Positions 44,379 to 54,739 are shown, counted from the first letter of the stretch. The stretch is 64,000 nucleotides of DNA from Candidatus Enterousia sp. (GCA_045654485.1 JAZONN010000016.1:5176-69175); one strand, 5' to 3'. Notes: a model not told the origin generated them from the sequence alone. Translations and numbers: made by a program.

Positions 44379-45720
44379 ACTTGTTCAAAAACTCTTCTAA
44401 CCACTTGTTGTCAAATTTTAACTGTTTTACATCTTTGTTCGCCAACAGTTTTTTTTGCAAAGGTATAGTTGTTTTTACACCTTCGATAACAAATTCGTCC
44501 AACGCACGTGTTGCGCGCATAATGCATGCCGGTCTGTTTTGTGCATGCACGATTAACTTTGCAATCATAGAATCATATGTTGGCGGAATTGTGTATCCGG
44601 TGTATGCCGCGCTGTCCACGCGTACCCCCAAACCGCCTGATGGCGCATACAGTGAAATTTTGCCTGCATTTGGGACAAATGTTTCTGGGTCTTCGGCATT
44701 AATACGGAATTCGATTGCGTGTCCATTTGGAATAACATTTGATTGTGTGTATCCCAATTTTTCACCGGCCGCAATACGGATTTGCTCACGTACCAAATCG
44801 ACACCATAAACCATTTCTGTAACGGGGTGTTCAACCTGTAATCTGGTGTTCATTTCCAAGAAATAGAATTTACCATCTTCGAACATAAATTCAAAAGTAC
44901 CGGCGTTTGAATATCCCATTTTTTTGGCGGCATTTTTACATACCTCTATCATATCATCACGTTGTTTTTGTGATAATATTGCCGCAGGACATTCTTCCAT
45001 AACTTTTTGATTGCGTCTTTGTAGCGAACAATCACGTTCGCCAAAGATAACAACGTTTCCGTGTTTGTCACCCAATACTTGGAATTCGATATGTCTTGGG
45101 TGCAGTAATAATTTTTCGATATATAATGTATCGTCGCCAAATGCGGATTTTGCTTCGTTTTTTGTTAATTGATATGCTTCGTTCATATCTTGGGCGGACA
45201 TAACCGGCCGCATACCACGTCCACCACCACCTGCGGCGGCTTTTAACATAACCGGATAACCGATTTTTTCGGCTGTTTCAAGTGCTGCATCCAATGTTTC
45301 GACCGCACCATCTGACCCCGGCACAACCGGCAAACCACATTCAATTGCGGTCTTTTTGGCATTAACTTTATCGCCCATTTTTTCAATCATATCTGGCGAT
45401 GGGCCAACCCAAATCATACCGTGTAATTCAACTTTGCGTGCAAAGTCCGCACGTTCAGATAAAAAACCATACCCCGGATGAATTGCATCTGCATTGGTTA
45501 ACAGCGCGGCCGTCAATATCGCAGATTCATTCAAATAAGAATCGCGCGCCGCCGCCGGTCCAATACAAACGGATTCGTCGGCCAATTGGACGTGCATTGC
45601 ATCACGGTCTGCGACCGAATATACAGCAACGGTACGGATGCCCATATCACGACATGCACGAATAATTCTTAATGCGATTTCACCACGATTGGCGATTAAA
45701 ACTTTTTTTATTTGTGACAT
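44377..45720 (-). CDS. accC: Biotin carboxylase (acetyl-CoA carboxylase subunit)
   Basis: KKVLIANRGEIALRIIRA, ATP-grasp GGGGRGMR, EMNTRLQVEHPVTE. Confidence 0.97.
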   Translation of the reverse strand: MSQIKKVLIANRGEIALRIIRACRDMGIRTVAVYSVADRDAMHVQLADESVCIGPAAARDSYLNESAILTAALLTNADAIHPGYGFLSERADFARKVELHGMIWVGPSPDMIEKMGDKVNAKKTAIECGLPVVPGSDGAVETLDAALETAEKIGYPVMLKAAAGGGGRGMRPVMSAQDMNEAYQLTKNEAKSAFGDDTLYIEKLLLHPRHIEFQVLGDKHGNVVIFGERDCSLQRRNQKVMEECPAAILSQKQRDDMIEVCKNAAKKMGYSNAGTFEFMFEDGKFYFLEMNTRLQVEHPVTEMVYGVDLVREQIRIAAGEKLGYTQSNVIPNGHAIEFRINAEDPETFVPNAGKISLYAPSGGLGVRVDSAAYTGYTIPPTYDSMIAKLIVHAQNRPACIMRATRALDEFVIEGVKTTIPLQKKLLANKDVKQLKFDNKWLEEFLNK

Positions 45721-45728
45721 ATTATATT

Positions 45729-46169
45729 TTATTCGATAACGATTAATGGCTGGTCAAATTCTACGGCTGCCCCATCTGTGATTAAGATTTGTTTAACGAC
45801 GCCGTCTTTATCTGCTTTGATTGGATTGAAAGTTTTCATTGCTTCGACCAAAGCGACCGTGTCACCACATTTTACGGACTTGCCAACTTCTACAAAGTGG
45901 TCTGCGCCCGGTTCTGGGGCCAAATATACCACGCCAACCATTGGTGATTTAACGGCGTGCCCCGTAATTGTTTCGCCACATTTGGCTGCTGGTTTGCATT
46001 CTGTTGTTGTGGTTGCTGGAACTGTTACTGCTGCCGCCACTTGTTGTTTTGATAAATGAATATGTTTACGATATACACCAAATAAAAACTGGCGTTCTAA
46101 TTCTAACTCTGTAATTCCCATATCGTCCATGATTTTTGACATAGATTCTACGGTTGCACGAAAAGACAT
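45729..46169 (-). CDS. accB: Biotin carboxyl carrier protein
   Basis: Biotinylation motif VEAMKTFN. Upstream of accC. Confidence 0.93.
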   Translation of the reverse strand: MSFRATVESMSKIMDDMGITELELERQFLFGVYRKHIHLSKQQVAAAVTVPATTTTECKPAAKCGETITGHAVKSPMVGVVYLAPEPGADHFVEVGKSVKCGDTVALVEAMKTFNPIKADKDGVVKQILITDGAAVEFDQPLIVIE

Positions 46170-46233
46170 TTTTAATCCTTATGTTTTAATTTTGTCTGGC
46201 ATAGATAAAATTCTATCATAATCCCGCCCATTG

Positions 46234-46470
46234 TCAAGGCACAGGGTCATAACCGAACCCGCCACCGGGTCTGCAACGTGAAATTCTACGAAAACCCAAT
46301 ATAATTCCACGTATTGTTCCATGTTTTTGAATTGCAATTTTTGTGTATTCGCTACAACTTGGGGTAAAGCGGCAAGTGTTTTTTCCGCCGATAATTGGTG
46401 AGATTGCGCATTGATACATGCGCACACAGGCACACGCCATTTTCTGTGTTAATGATAGATTATCTGACAT
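46234..46470 (-). CDS. yidD: Membrane protein insertion efficiency factor YidD
   Basis: [33 protein letters not shown]. Confidence 0.9.
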   Translation of the reverse strand: MSDNLSLTQKMACACVRMYQCAISPIIGGKNTCRFTPSCSEYTKIAIQKHGTIRGIILGFRRISRCRPGGGFGYDPVP

Positions 46471-46810
46471 TCGCTTTGATTTTTTGCTTTAAATAATTTA
46501 ATGCCTTTCCCATCGCAGTACGTCCGCTTGTTCGGTCTGCGGTTAAAATATCACGACGTGCGACAAATACATAATCGTGTGTTGGCACCAACATTTTTTC
46601 ATTAAATTCAATCCAGTCACGCAACAATCGTTTTGCCCTATTTCTATCAATTGCGTGTTTAAAGGTTCTTTTTGTGACAATCAAACCATATCGTGCATCG
46701 TTTGGTAATTTGGCGATTTTTGCCCGAACCAAGAAAAATGCACAGCGTGCAGTTGGGTCATTTTCACCCATTGCAAAGTCCGAATGTTTTTTTATTGTAT
46801 CACGTATCAT
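46460..46810 (-). CDS. rnpA: RNase P protein component
   Basis: Basic protein with [11 protein letters not shown], upstream of yidD. Start chosen at MIRDTIKK. No rpmH was seen upstream. Confidence 0.8.
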   Translation of the reverse strand: MIRDTIKKHSDFAMGENDPTARCAFFLVRAKIAKLPNDARYGLIVTKRTFKHAIDRNRAKRLLRDWIEFNEKMLVPTHDYVFVARRDILTADRTSGRTAMGKALNYLKQKIKANVR

Positions 46811-46886
46811 AGCGCACACATCATACCACAATATTGCCGAAGTCAAATAAATTTATTGTCGTGTCTTGATTTTTTGCCATACGTGA

Positions 46887-47975
<1,089 letters not shown>

Positions 47976-48013
47976 GATGTTAAAAAAAATACCGGCAAAT
48001 GCCGGTGTTTTTT
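47976..48013. terminator. Short-form palindromic repeat/bidirectional terminator (GATGTTAAAAAAAATACCGGCAAATGCCGGTGTTTTTT)
   Basis: Lies between convergent genes. Confidence 0.8.
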
Positions 48014-48473
48014 AACGTAATTTTTGAAAGTTTTTATAAATTTTGCATCCGATAAAATCACAATATGGATTTGTTGTATAATTTATGCGTGTTGGTTGTT
48101 TGCATTGCGCCCCCAGTAATTGGCAATACGGCCGACCGTTTTTCTGAATTCTTACCCCCGAATACTGTGGTGAAGTCACGGATTTATTTTTGTGTGTATC
48201 TACATATTTACTGTGTATAAAATCCACAATTTGGTTCAAAGAATATTTTTGCATTAATTCAATATCTTCATCTGTAACATATATGCCGAAGTTTTTTTCA
48301 AATGCTATGAACATTTCGATTGTGTCCAAAGAATCAAGCCCAACGACATTTGTCATAAAACCCGCTTGGTTTGGGTTTAACAATGCTTTTTTCTGATACA
48401 GCCCAAATTTATCCACGACATATTCAACCAAGAACATATTAATATTTTGCTTTGTTGGTACTGTGTTTCGCAT
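48012..48473 (-). CDS. Acyl-carrier-protein-like domain fused to a 4-Cys C-terminal tail
   Basis: VVGLDSLDTIEMFIAFEKNFGIYVTDEDIELM...IVDFI matches the ACP DSLD helix II pattern. The tail has PYC-x6-C and PYC-x4-C. Start chosen at MRNTVPT to avoid overlapping nth. Confidence 0.6.
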   Translation of the reverse strand: MRNTVPTKQNINMFLVEYVVDKFGLYQKKALLNPNQAGFMTNVVGLDSLDTIEMFIAFEKNFGIYVTDEDIELMQKYSLNQIVDFIHSKYVDTHKNKSVTSPQYSGVRIQKNGRPYCQLLGAQCKQPTRINYTTNPYCDFIGCKIYKNFQKLR

Positions 48474-48483
48474 TTTTTTTCCT

Positions 48484-49134
48484 TTATATACGTTTGTCTT
48501 GTGCTTGACACCATTTTGCAACGGGGCATTTTTCGCATTCGGGGCGCAGTGCTTTACACACATACCGACCGTGCAAAACCATAACGTGATTTACAATTGG
48601 ATGATATTTTTTTGGAATTTTTTTGATTAATTTTGCTTCAACTTTTTCTGGGGTATTGTCGGCATCGTCCGCCCATCCATATCTATGCGCATTACGAAAA
48701 ACGTGCGTATCAACACCAATGTTTGGTGCGTGCCATAAAACGTTGCATACAACATTTGCGGTCTTTTGTCCAATCCCCGGCAATTTCATTAATTCATCAC
48801 GGTTATGGTATTTTTCTGGGAATTTATCTGTGACATTGTCGGCCGCCAATTTTTCGGCCAACGCAATAATATTCTTTGCTTTATTATTAAAGAAAGAAAT
48901 AACACGTATGTGTTCTTTTAATCCATCAATTCCCAAATCCAACATTTTTTGTGGTGTGGGTGCGACATCGAACAGTTTTGGTGTTACTTCATTGACTTTT
49001 TTATCTGTCGCCTGGGCGGATAAAATAACCGCCACCGCAAAGTTAAATTCGTTTGTGTGATACAGTTCCGACCGAATTGTCATATCAACGGTTGGCGGTA
49101 CCAATTCAAAATATCTTTGCGGTGTTAATGCCAT
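48484..49134 (-). CDS. nth: Endonuclease III
   Basis: HhH LPGIGQKTANVV and the Fe-S cluster motif C-x6-C-x2-C-x5-C (CKALRPECEKCPVAKWC). Confidence 0.95.
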   Translation of the reverse strand: MALTPQRYFELVPPTVDMTIRSELYHTNEFNFAVAVILSAQATDKKVNEVTPKLFDVAPTPQKMLDLGIDGLKEHIRVISFFNNKAKNIIALAEKLAADNVTDKFPEKYHNRDELMKLPGIGQKTANVVCNVLWHAPNIGVDTHVFRNAHRYGWADDADNTPEKVEAKLIKKIPKKYHPIVNHVMVLHGRYVCKALRPECEKCPVAKWCQAQDKRI

Positions 49135-49135
49135 T

Positions 49136-49360
49136 TTACTTCATCCTGCGGTTTCCACGTATGTATGCCAATATTTCCGCGTTTTGTGCTTTTACAATCC
49201 GCAGATTATCCAATATTGCGTATTCTTCGGTGCTCAGGTACAGGCGATCTATACAAAAATCATGTTGGCTGTGTTTGCAAGAGCCATTTGCCGACATGGA
49301 TGAACACTTTTCTTTAAGTTTTTCTGGATAAAAGAATCTTTCGCAAAATTTTTCTGCCAT
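49136..49360 (-). CDS. 74-aa cysteine-motif protein (hypothetical)
   Basis: GGAG RBS before MAEKFCERFF. Contains CSSMSANGSCKHS. The longer track ORF (to 49540) overlaps the upstream gene. Confidence 0.45.
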   Translation of the reverse strand: MAEKFCERFFYPEKLKEKCSSMSANGSCKHSQHDFCIDRLYLSTEEYAILDNLRIVKAQNAEILAYIRGNRRMK

Positions 49361-49373
49361 AATATACTCCTTT

Positions 49374-50117
49374 TTATTGTGTGATGGTATAATTCGGGTT
49401 TTTGCCCAAGTGGTTTGAAAACACTGTGTCGCATAATTTATTGCACCAACGTTCGCAACGTTGTATTGCGGCCGCTGATGTTTTTTCTGAAAATTCTGTT
49501 TTTTTAATTTTATCGGATACAAATTCGCCCGTATTGCCATTTACATCTGTCACGCTGCATTTACATTCTGAAAAATATTTGTGTTCGTCTTTGTCGACGG
49601 TTTCTTGTGGTTCTGCACATTGGTGCGAAATTGTAAATTGTTCACGTGGTAAAAAAGTACCATTAATGATTTGATTTGAAAAATTCTTACATACCGAATC
49701 GCACAGGTTTTGTTCCGATAATGCATTTGCGACAACATTATCTTCCCCTATTCCCAACGTGTATTCATAAACAGATTTTATATCGTATTGTTTTGCAAAA
49801 ACCTTGCCATCAAATACTGTTTCGCATTTACATCTGTGGTTAAGGTTTGTTTTTATGGCTTCATGATTTCCGGTACATACGCTTGGTGCGCCATCTTCAT
49901 AGCATTCTGTTGGAATTGATAATTTGCGAACATGATTTACGTCAATGTTTGCATCGAATTTATTATCAATTTCGTTTGCATTACGAACAGAAAATTCTGT
50001 TTTATCGGGTGATATAGTTATATGTGTCCGATAATGTTGTTTTAAAACAGCAACAATTGCCACCAAACCGATGGCAATTGTTACAAAGGACAACACTTTC
50101 AAAGTTTTTCTACTCAT
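49374..50117 (-). CDS. Membrane-anchored protein with two CxC-x(33-40)-Cx3C modules
   Basis: N-terminal TM VLSFVTIAIGLVAIVAVL. Modules are CKC...40 aa...CDSVC and CKC...33 aa...CERWCNKLC. Confidence 0.6.
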   Translation of the reverse strand: MSRKTLKVLSFVTIAIGLVAIVAVLKQHYRTHITISPDKTEFSVRNANEIDNKFDANIDVNHVRKLSIPTECYEDGAPSVCTGNHEAIKTNLNHRCKCETVFDGKVFAKQYDIKSVYEYTLGIGEDNVVANALSEQNLCDSVCKNFSNQIINGTFLPREQFTISHQCAEPQETVDKDEHKYFSECKCSVTDVNGNTGEFVSDKIKKTEFSEKTSAAAIQRCERWCNKLCDTVFSNHLGKNPNYTITQ

Positions 50118-50131
50118 ATTGTTTTTTTCTT

Positions 50132-53100
50132 TTATGCTTTTTTGACAGATATACTGAATGAATATCCTTCGATATCTTCTGTGTATTCGCCATCGCCGAC
50201 AACCATTTCAACGATTAAAGCATCACGCATAATACGTTTTTTATGTTGTTCGATTGCGGCCGCCAATGCTGGATCGGCAGAATAAGTCAGAACGATTCTG
50301 TCGGATACATCCAATCCTGCGGTTTTACGTGTATCTTGGATAAAGCGCAATGCGTCATTTGCCAAACCTTCGGCAACTAATTCTGAGTTAACATCTGTAT
50401 CCAGAACAACAACCGCGGTATTATCCGGTAACGCTGCACCTGCAACACCGTCACGAACGGTTAGGCGTGTTTCAAATTCGTCTGCGTTTAATTCGTGACC
50501 GCCTGCAAACAATTTATCGCCACGTACTTCATAATCGCCACGTTTTACGGCCGGTATAATTTCTTTTAATGCACCGCCCAAACGTGCACCAATTTTTGGT
50601 GTGATTAAGTATATGAAACTGTCTGCGACGCCTGCAAAGTTTTCTTCGAACTTAACGGTTTTTACGTTTAATTCATCTTTGATTATGTCCGCATAATCCG
50701 GCATGCTTGCGCCCGCCACGGTCAAAGAATTCAAAGGCAAACGATTGCGCAGTTTGTATTGTTCACGCAATTGTTTTCCGGTTGAAACAATTGATTGAAC
50801 GCGACGCATATCGTTCACGATTTTATCGTCAACGTTTGCAACGGATGGGAATATTGTCAAATGTACAGATTCTGCGCCCGTCAAATTACGCCAAATGTAT
50901 TCTGAAACAAATGGTGCGAACGGTGCCAAAGTGCGACACAGTGTGGTCAACACGGTGTACAATGTATCAAATGCTGCCTGTTCTTCATCCCAGAAACGTG
51001 CACGTCCACGACGGATATACCAATTGTTCAAGATATCCAAGAAACGTGTAAATTCTTTGATTGCGACATCCGGTTTGTATTCCGCCAAAGATTTTTCAAC
51101 AACACCGACCAAAACATTTAATTCGGCCAAGATATATTTATCCAATGGATTTTCCGCATTTTCAATTTCTTTTGCTGTCACATTTCCTGCGTTCGCATAC
51201 AATGTAAAGAAATGATATGCATTCCATAATGGTGTTTGGATTGTTTTTGTAGATTCAACGAAAACTTTACCTTCTTTATCAACCGGCACAGGTTCGGCCT
51301 TCATAAAGTTTGAACCCAAGATGTACAAGCGAACGGCGTCTGCGCCATATTGTTCGATTTGTTCTTCGGGGTTAACAAAGTTGCGCAAAGATTTTGAAAA
51401 CTTCTTTTTGTTTTCATCAACCACCATACCGTTTGCGGATACTGCCATAAATGCTGGCTTGTCAAACAAAGCGGTCGCCAATACCATCAAAGCATAGAAC
51501 CATCCACGTGTCTGATCTTGACCTTCGATAATATAGTCGGCTGGGAATGTTTCATTGAATTTATCAACGTTTTCAAATGGATAATGCAATGATGCCCATG
51601 GCATAGAGCCGGATTCGACCCAGCAATCCAAAACGTCTGGTATACGTGTCCAACCATCTTTTGTTAATTTATCCAATGTTGGGCGGTGTAAATCTTCGAC
51701 TTTTTCGCCAAAGAATTCTTCTAATTCTGCAATTGAACCAAAGATTTTATATTCGCCATCTTTTTCCCAAATTGGCAAAGGCATACCCCAGAAACGATTA
51801 CGTGAAATCGACCAAGGACGCGCGTTTTCAATCCAAGAACGGAAACGTTCGCCCGCCGATGTCCAATTTACTTTGGCATTGTTGGCCAATAATTTGTCTT
51901 TGACTTTTGGAACATCGATATACCAAGAATCTGTTGCACGTTGGATTAATTTTTCTTTACTGCGGTCACCAAACGGATATGCGTGTTTATATTGTTCTTT
52001 TTTGACCAATTTGCCATTTGTTTTCAACCAATCCAATATTTTTGGTGTTGCGGCAAAGATATTTTCACCGGCAAAATCGACAACTGTATCATCAAAGTTT
52101 CCATATGTATCAACGTTTAATAACACAGGGAATTTTGGATCGATGTTTTTTGCCGCCCAAAAGTCCTCGGCACCATATGCAGGTGCGATATGAACGATGC
52201 CTGTACCGTCGCCATCGGAAACATAGTCCGCAGGGATGATTTGGAACAACAAATCGGATTGTCCCGCATAATATGGGAACAAAGGTGTGTAATGCATACC
52301 CGCCAATTCTGCACCCGACACGCGACCAATTTCGGTTGTGTTTGCGAATTGTTTTTCATATGCAGCCAGGCGGCTTTCTGCGATGACATAGACCGCGCCA
52401 TCTGTGTCTTGCATACGCAGGTACGTCATATTTGGATTTACGGCCAATGCGCTGTTTGCCGGCAAAGTCCATGGTGTTGTTGTCCATGCAATTGCACGGT
52501 CGCCATTTTCTAATTCGAACCATACTGTAACGGCATCGTCAACGATTTCGCGATAATCGCTGGACGCTTCGGAATTTGAAATAACCGTACCATTTACCCA
52601 GTCATATGGATTAACGCTGTAATCTTTGTATAACAGACCCTTTTTATACAATGATTTTAATGTCCACAACATAGATTCCATATAGTTTTTGTCCATGGTT
52701 TTATAGCCATAACCTTCGCCAATATCGACCCAACGGCCCATACGTGTAATAAAGTGGTTCCACTCATTTGTATATGTCATAACGTCTGTACGGCACATAT
52801 CACAGAATGCGGCTATACCGTCTTCGGCGACGATGTTTTTTGCGCTGCGGCCTTGCTTCTTTTCAACTGAATTTTCCGCCGGCAAACCGTGGCAATCCCA
52901 TCCTAATTCACGTACAACGTGTTTTCCGCACATTGTTTGGAAACGTGCAACCATATCTTTTACAACCGAAACGCCCAAGTGGCCCCAATGTGGCAAACCG
53001 TTTGCAAAAGGTGGCCCATCATAGAAAGAAAACGGTGCACCTTGTTTGGTTTGTTCTAACGATTTATGAAAAGTGTTATTTTCATGCCAATATTTCAACA

Positions 53101-53155
53101 CATCTTGTTCCAGTGATGAAAAATCCGCACGTGGGTCTGTTTTTTTATATGCCAT
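50132..53155 (-). CDS. ileS: Isoleucine-tRNA ligase, eukaryote-like type 2
   Basis: FYDGPPFANGLPHWGH (type-2 HIGH region) and KFSKS. 1,007 aa. Confidence 0.96.
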   Translation of the reverse strand: MAYKKTDPRADFSSLEQDVLKYWHENNTFHKSLEQTKQGAPFSFYDGPPFANGLPHWGHLGVSVVKDMVARFQTMCGKHVVRELGWDCHGLPAENSVEKKQGRSAKNIVAEDGIAAFCDMCRTDVMTYTNEWNHFITRMGRWVDIGEGYGYKTMDKNYMESMLWTLKSLYKKGLLYKDYSVNPYDWVNGTVISNSEASSDYREIVDDAVTVWFELENGDRAIAWTTTPWTLPANSALAVNPNMTYLRMQDTDGAVYVIAESRLAAYEKQFANTTEIGRVSGAELAGMHYTPLFPYYAGQSDLLFQIIPADYVSDGDGTGIVHIAPAYGAEDFWAAKNIDPKFPVLLNVDTYGNFDDTVVDFAGENIFAATPKILDWLKTNGKLVKKEQYKHAYPFGDRSKEKLIQRATDSWYIDVPKVKDKLLANNAKVNWTSAGERFRSWIENARPWSISRNRFWGMPLPIWEKDGEYKIFGSIAELEEFFGEKVEDLHRPTLDKLTKDGWTRIPDVLDCWVESGSMPWASLHYPFENVDKFNETFPADYIIEGQDQTRGWFYALMVLATALFDKPAFMAVSANGMVVDENKKKFSKSLRNFVNPEEQIEQYGADAVRLYILGSNFMKAEPVPVDKEGKVFVESTKTIQTPLWNAYHFFTLYANAGNVTAKEIENAENPLDKYILAELNVLVGVVEKSLAEYKPDVAIKEFTRFLDILNNWYIRRGRARFWDEEQAAFDTLYTVLTTLCRTLAPFAPFVSEYIWRNLTGAESVHLTIFPSVANVDDKIVNDMRRVQSIVSTGKQLREQYKLRNRLPLNSLTVAGASMPDYADIIKDELNVKTVKFEENFAGVADSFIYLITPKIGARLGGALKEIIPAVKRGDYEVRGDKLFAGGHELNADEFETRLTVRDGVAGAALPDNTAVVVLDTDVNSELVAEGLANDALRFIQDTRKTAGLDVSDRIVLTYSADPALAAAIEQHKKRIMRDALIVEMVVGDGEYTEDIEGYSFSISVKKA

Positions 53156-53183
53156 TTTTTTCTTCTCTTACGTTTTTTATATT

Positions 53184-53204
53184 AAAAAAAGGCGCCCATG
53201 CGCC
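53184..53204 (-). promoter_or_regulatory. ileS leader hairpin GGCGC-AUGG-GCGCC followed by U7 (attenuator-like)
   Basis: GC-only stem in an AT-rich spacer, about 28 nt upstream of the ileS ATG. It is a second hairpin beyond the terminator of the upstream gene. Confidence 0.4.
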
Positions 53205-53313
53205 CCAGCCACCGCCAAAGCGCAGTGTCCAATTATTTAATAATAATTATTGTTCTTTGTTTCACAGGCCACAGGTTACAATGAATTTATATAAAATGCA
53301 AGTGTTTGATAAT

Positions 53314-53340
53314 AAAAAAGAACCGCCCATTTGGGCGGTT
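53314..53340 (-). terminator. Terminator of the 444-aa ORF (AACCGCCC-AAAT-GGGCGGTT + T-run on the minus strand)
   Basis: 8-bp stem directly after the stop at 53343. Confidence 0.75.
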
Positions 53341-53342
53341 TA

Positions 53343-54677
53343 TTACTTTGTATTTTCACCAAATCTGCGCACAATTTCCAATTGGGTTTTTGTTGGTTTA
53401 CGTGCGGCTTTGGCTTTTTTATACGTGTCTTTTGTTGAAATAACGCCGTATTTAGAACGCAAATCTGCAACTTCGGCGAATATTGCAGTATCTGCAATTG
53501 CATCACCGTTTTGGATGCGTTTTGCGGCCATACGTAATGCTTCGCATGCGCGCATTTTTTTGTTTGTTTCTTTGGTGGTCGCAATATCGAACGTGTCATT
53601 TATTTGTTTTATTAATTGTTGATCTGTTGTCATTTCCAACAAAGCACGCATAAATTTATCAACCGCTTTATTTTTGTTAAATTTATTATACTTTAACTTT
53701 AACGTATCATACATTAATCGTATGATATCTTGGTTACAGTAATCGTCGACTTTCATATGTTTGTGTACTTGTTCCACAAAATGTGTTATATCTTTACCGG
53801 CCATCATCAAGTTTTCCATTCTTTGTTTGATGATTAACGCGTCTTCGAAATATTGTCCCAAATATGGCGCAAATTTTTTTGCCAAATCTTCATCCGATAA
53901 ATCTTGTACGACCACCTGATCTTGCGGGGACATAAACACATCCATATTTCCTGTCATTTTGAAATATTCGTATTTTGCGGCATCGCGCACCATATCGTTC
54001 GCCACGCGCCCGATTGCTTTATTGACATCGGATTTATCGCTATATAACGATGGGTGTTTTTTTGAGTATTCTTTTTGTATTTCTGATGCTTCGGCGTGTG
54101 CGATTTCCTGTGTGATTACAAAGTTATTTTTTGCACAGAATTTTGCCAAACGTTTTTGCAGGTTTTCGGGCAGATTCTGAATTTCTTTTATAACGTTTTT
54201 ATGTGTAACGCCTTTCAAGAAATCTTGCGCTGCGGCATCAAATGGATATTTTGAACCGGTAACCATTGCCTGAATGCCCGTTGGGGTAAAATCGCGCAAA
54301 GCAAACACTATGCGGCGATAGTTTTCCATGTCGTACAAATCTTCAAACCACTTTTTGTAATCTGCGGTGTATTTTAAGATTTTTTTATCCATCACGACAT
54401 CGGGGGTGGCAACTTTTTTATCAATCTGCGCCAATGCCTGTTCTGGGGTCATATTTTTACGAACACCAACTTTTGGAACTGTAATGGCAACAAAATTATT
54501 AATTTTTTTATACAGATTTTTTCTGTTCAAGTGGTCACGCGCAACGCCTTGGGTCTGAGATGGGTGGAATGTGGCTGTGCCATGCTCGGTTTCGGCAACA
54601 ACGCCCAAAGTTTCCAATGCGGTATTGTATAATATATAACGTGACTTATCTAATCTGTACTTAACACCTGACGACAT
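53343..54677 (-). CDS. 444-aa hypothetical protein, Lys-rich, no recognisable domain
   Basis: Long uninterrupted ORF with its own terminator. No signal peptide or TM. Basic C-terminal tail (KKAKAARKPTKTQLEIVRRFGENTK). Confidence 0.6.
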   Translation of the reverse strand: MSSGVKYRLDKSRYILYNTALETLGVVAETEHGTATFHPSQTQGVARDHLNRKNLYKKINNFVAITVPKVGVRKNMTPEQALAQIDKKVATPDVVMDKKILKYTADYKKWFEDLYDMENYRRIVFALRDFTPTGIQAMVTGSKYPFDAAAQDFLKGVTHKNVIKEIQNLPENLQKRLAKFCAKNNFVITQEIAHAEASEIQKEYSKKHPSLYSDKSDVNKAIGRVANDMVRDAAKYEYFKMTGNMDVFMSPQDQVVVQDLSDEDLAKKFAPYLGQYFEDALIIKQRMENLMMAGKDITHFVEQVHKHMKVDDYCNQDIIRLMYDTLKLKYNKFNKNKAVDKFMRALLEMTTDQQLIKQINDTFDIATTKETNKKMRACEALRMAAKRIQNGDAIADTAIFAEVADLRSKYGVISTKDTYKKAKAARKPTKTQLEIVRRFGENTK

Positions 54678-54739
54678 GCGCCCTCTCCTTGCTTAATTAT
54701 AATCAAATTATATCATATTTATTGACGCAATCCAAATGG

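Noticed and set aside
46179-46433. 84-aa minus-strand ORF between accB and yidD
   Set aside because: It overlaps yidD in another frame. yidD has the conserved [10 protein letters not shown] motif, and the 84-aa product has none.
52807-53622. 271-aa plus-strand ORF
   Set aside because: It spans the 5' end of ileS (antisense), the intergenic hairpins and the 3' end of the 444-aa gene. It has no RBS or motif and is a shadow ORF.
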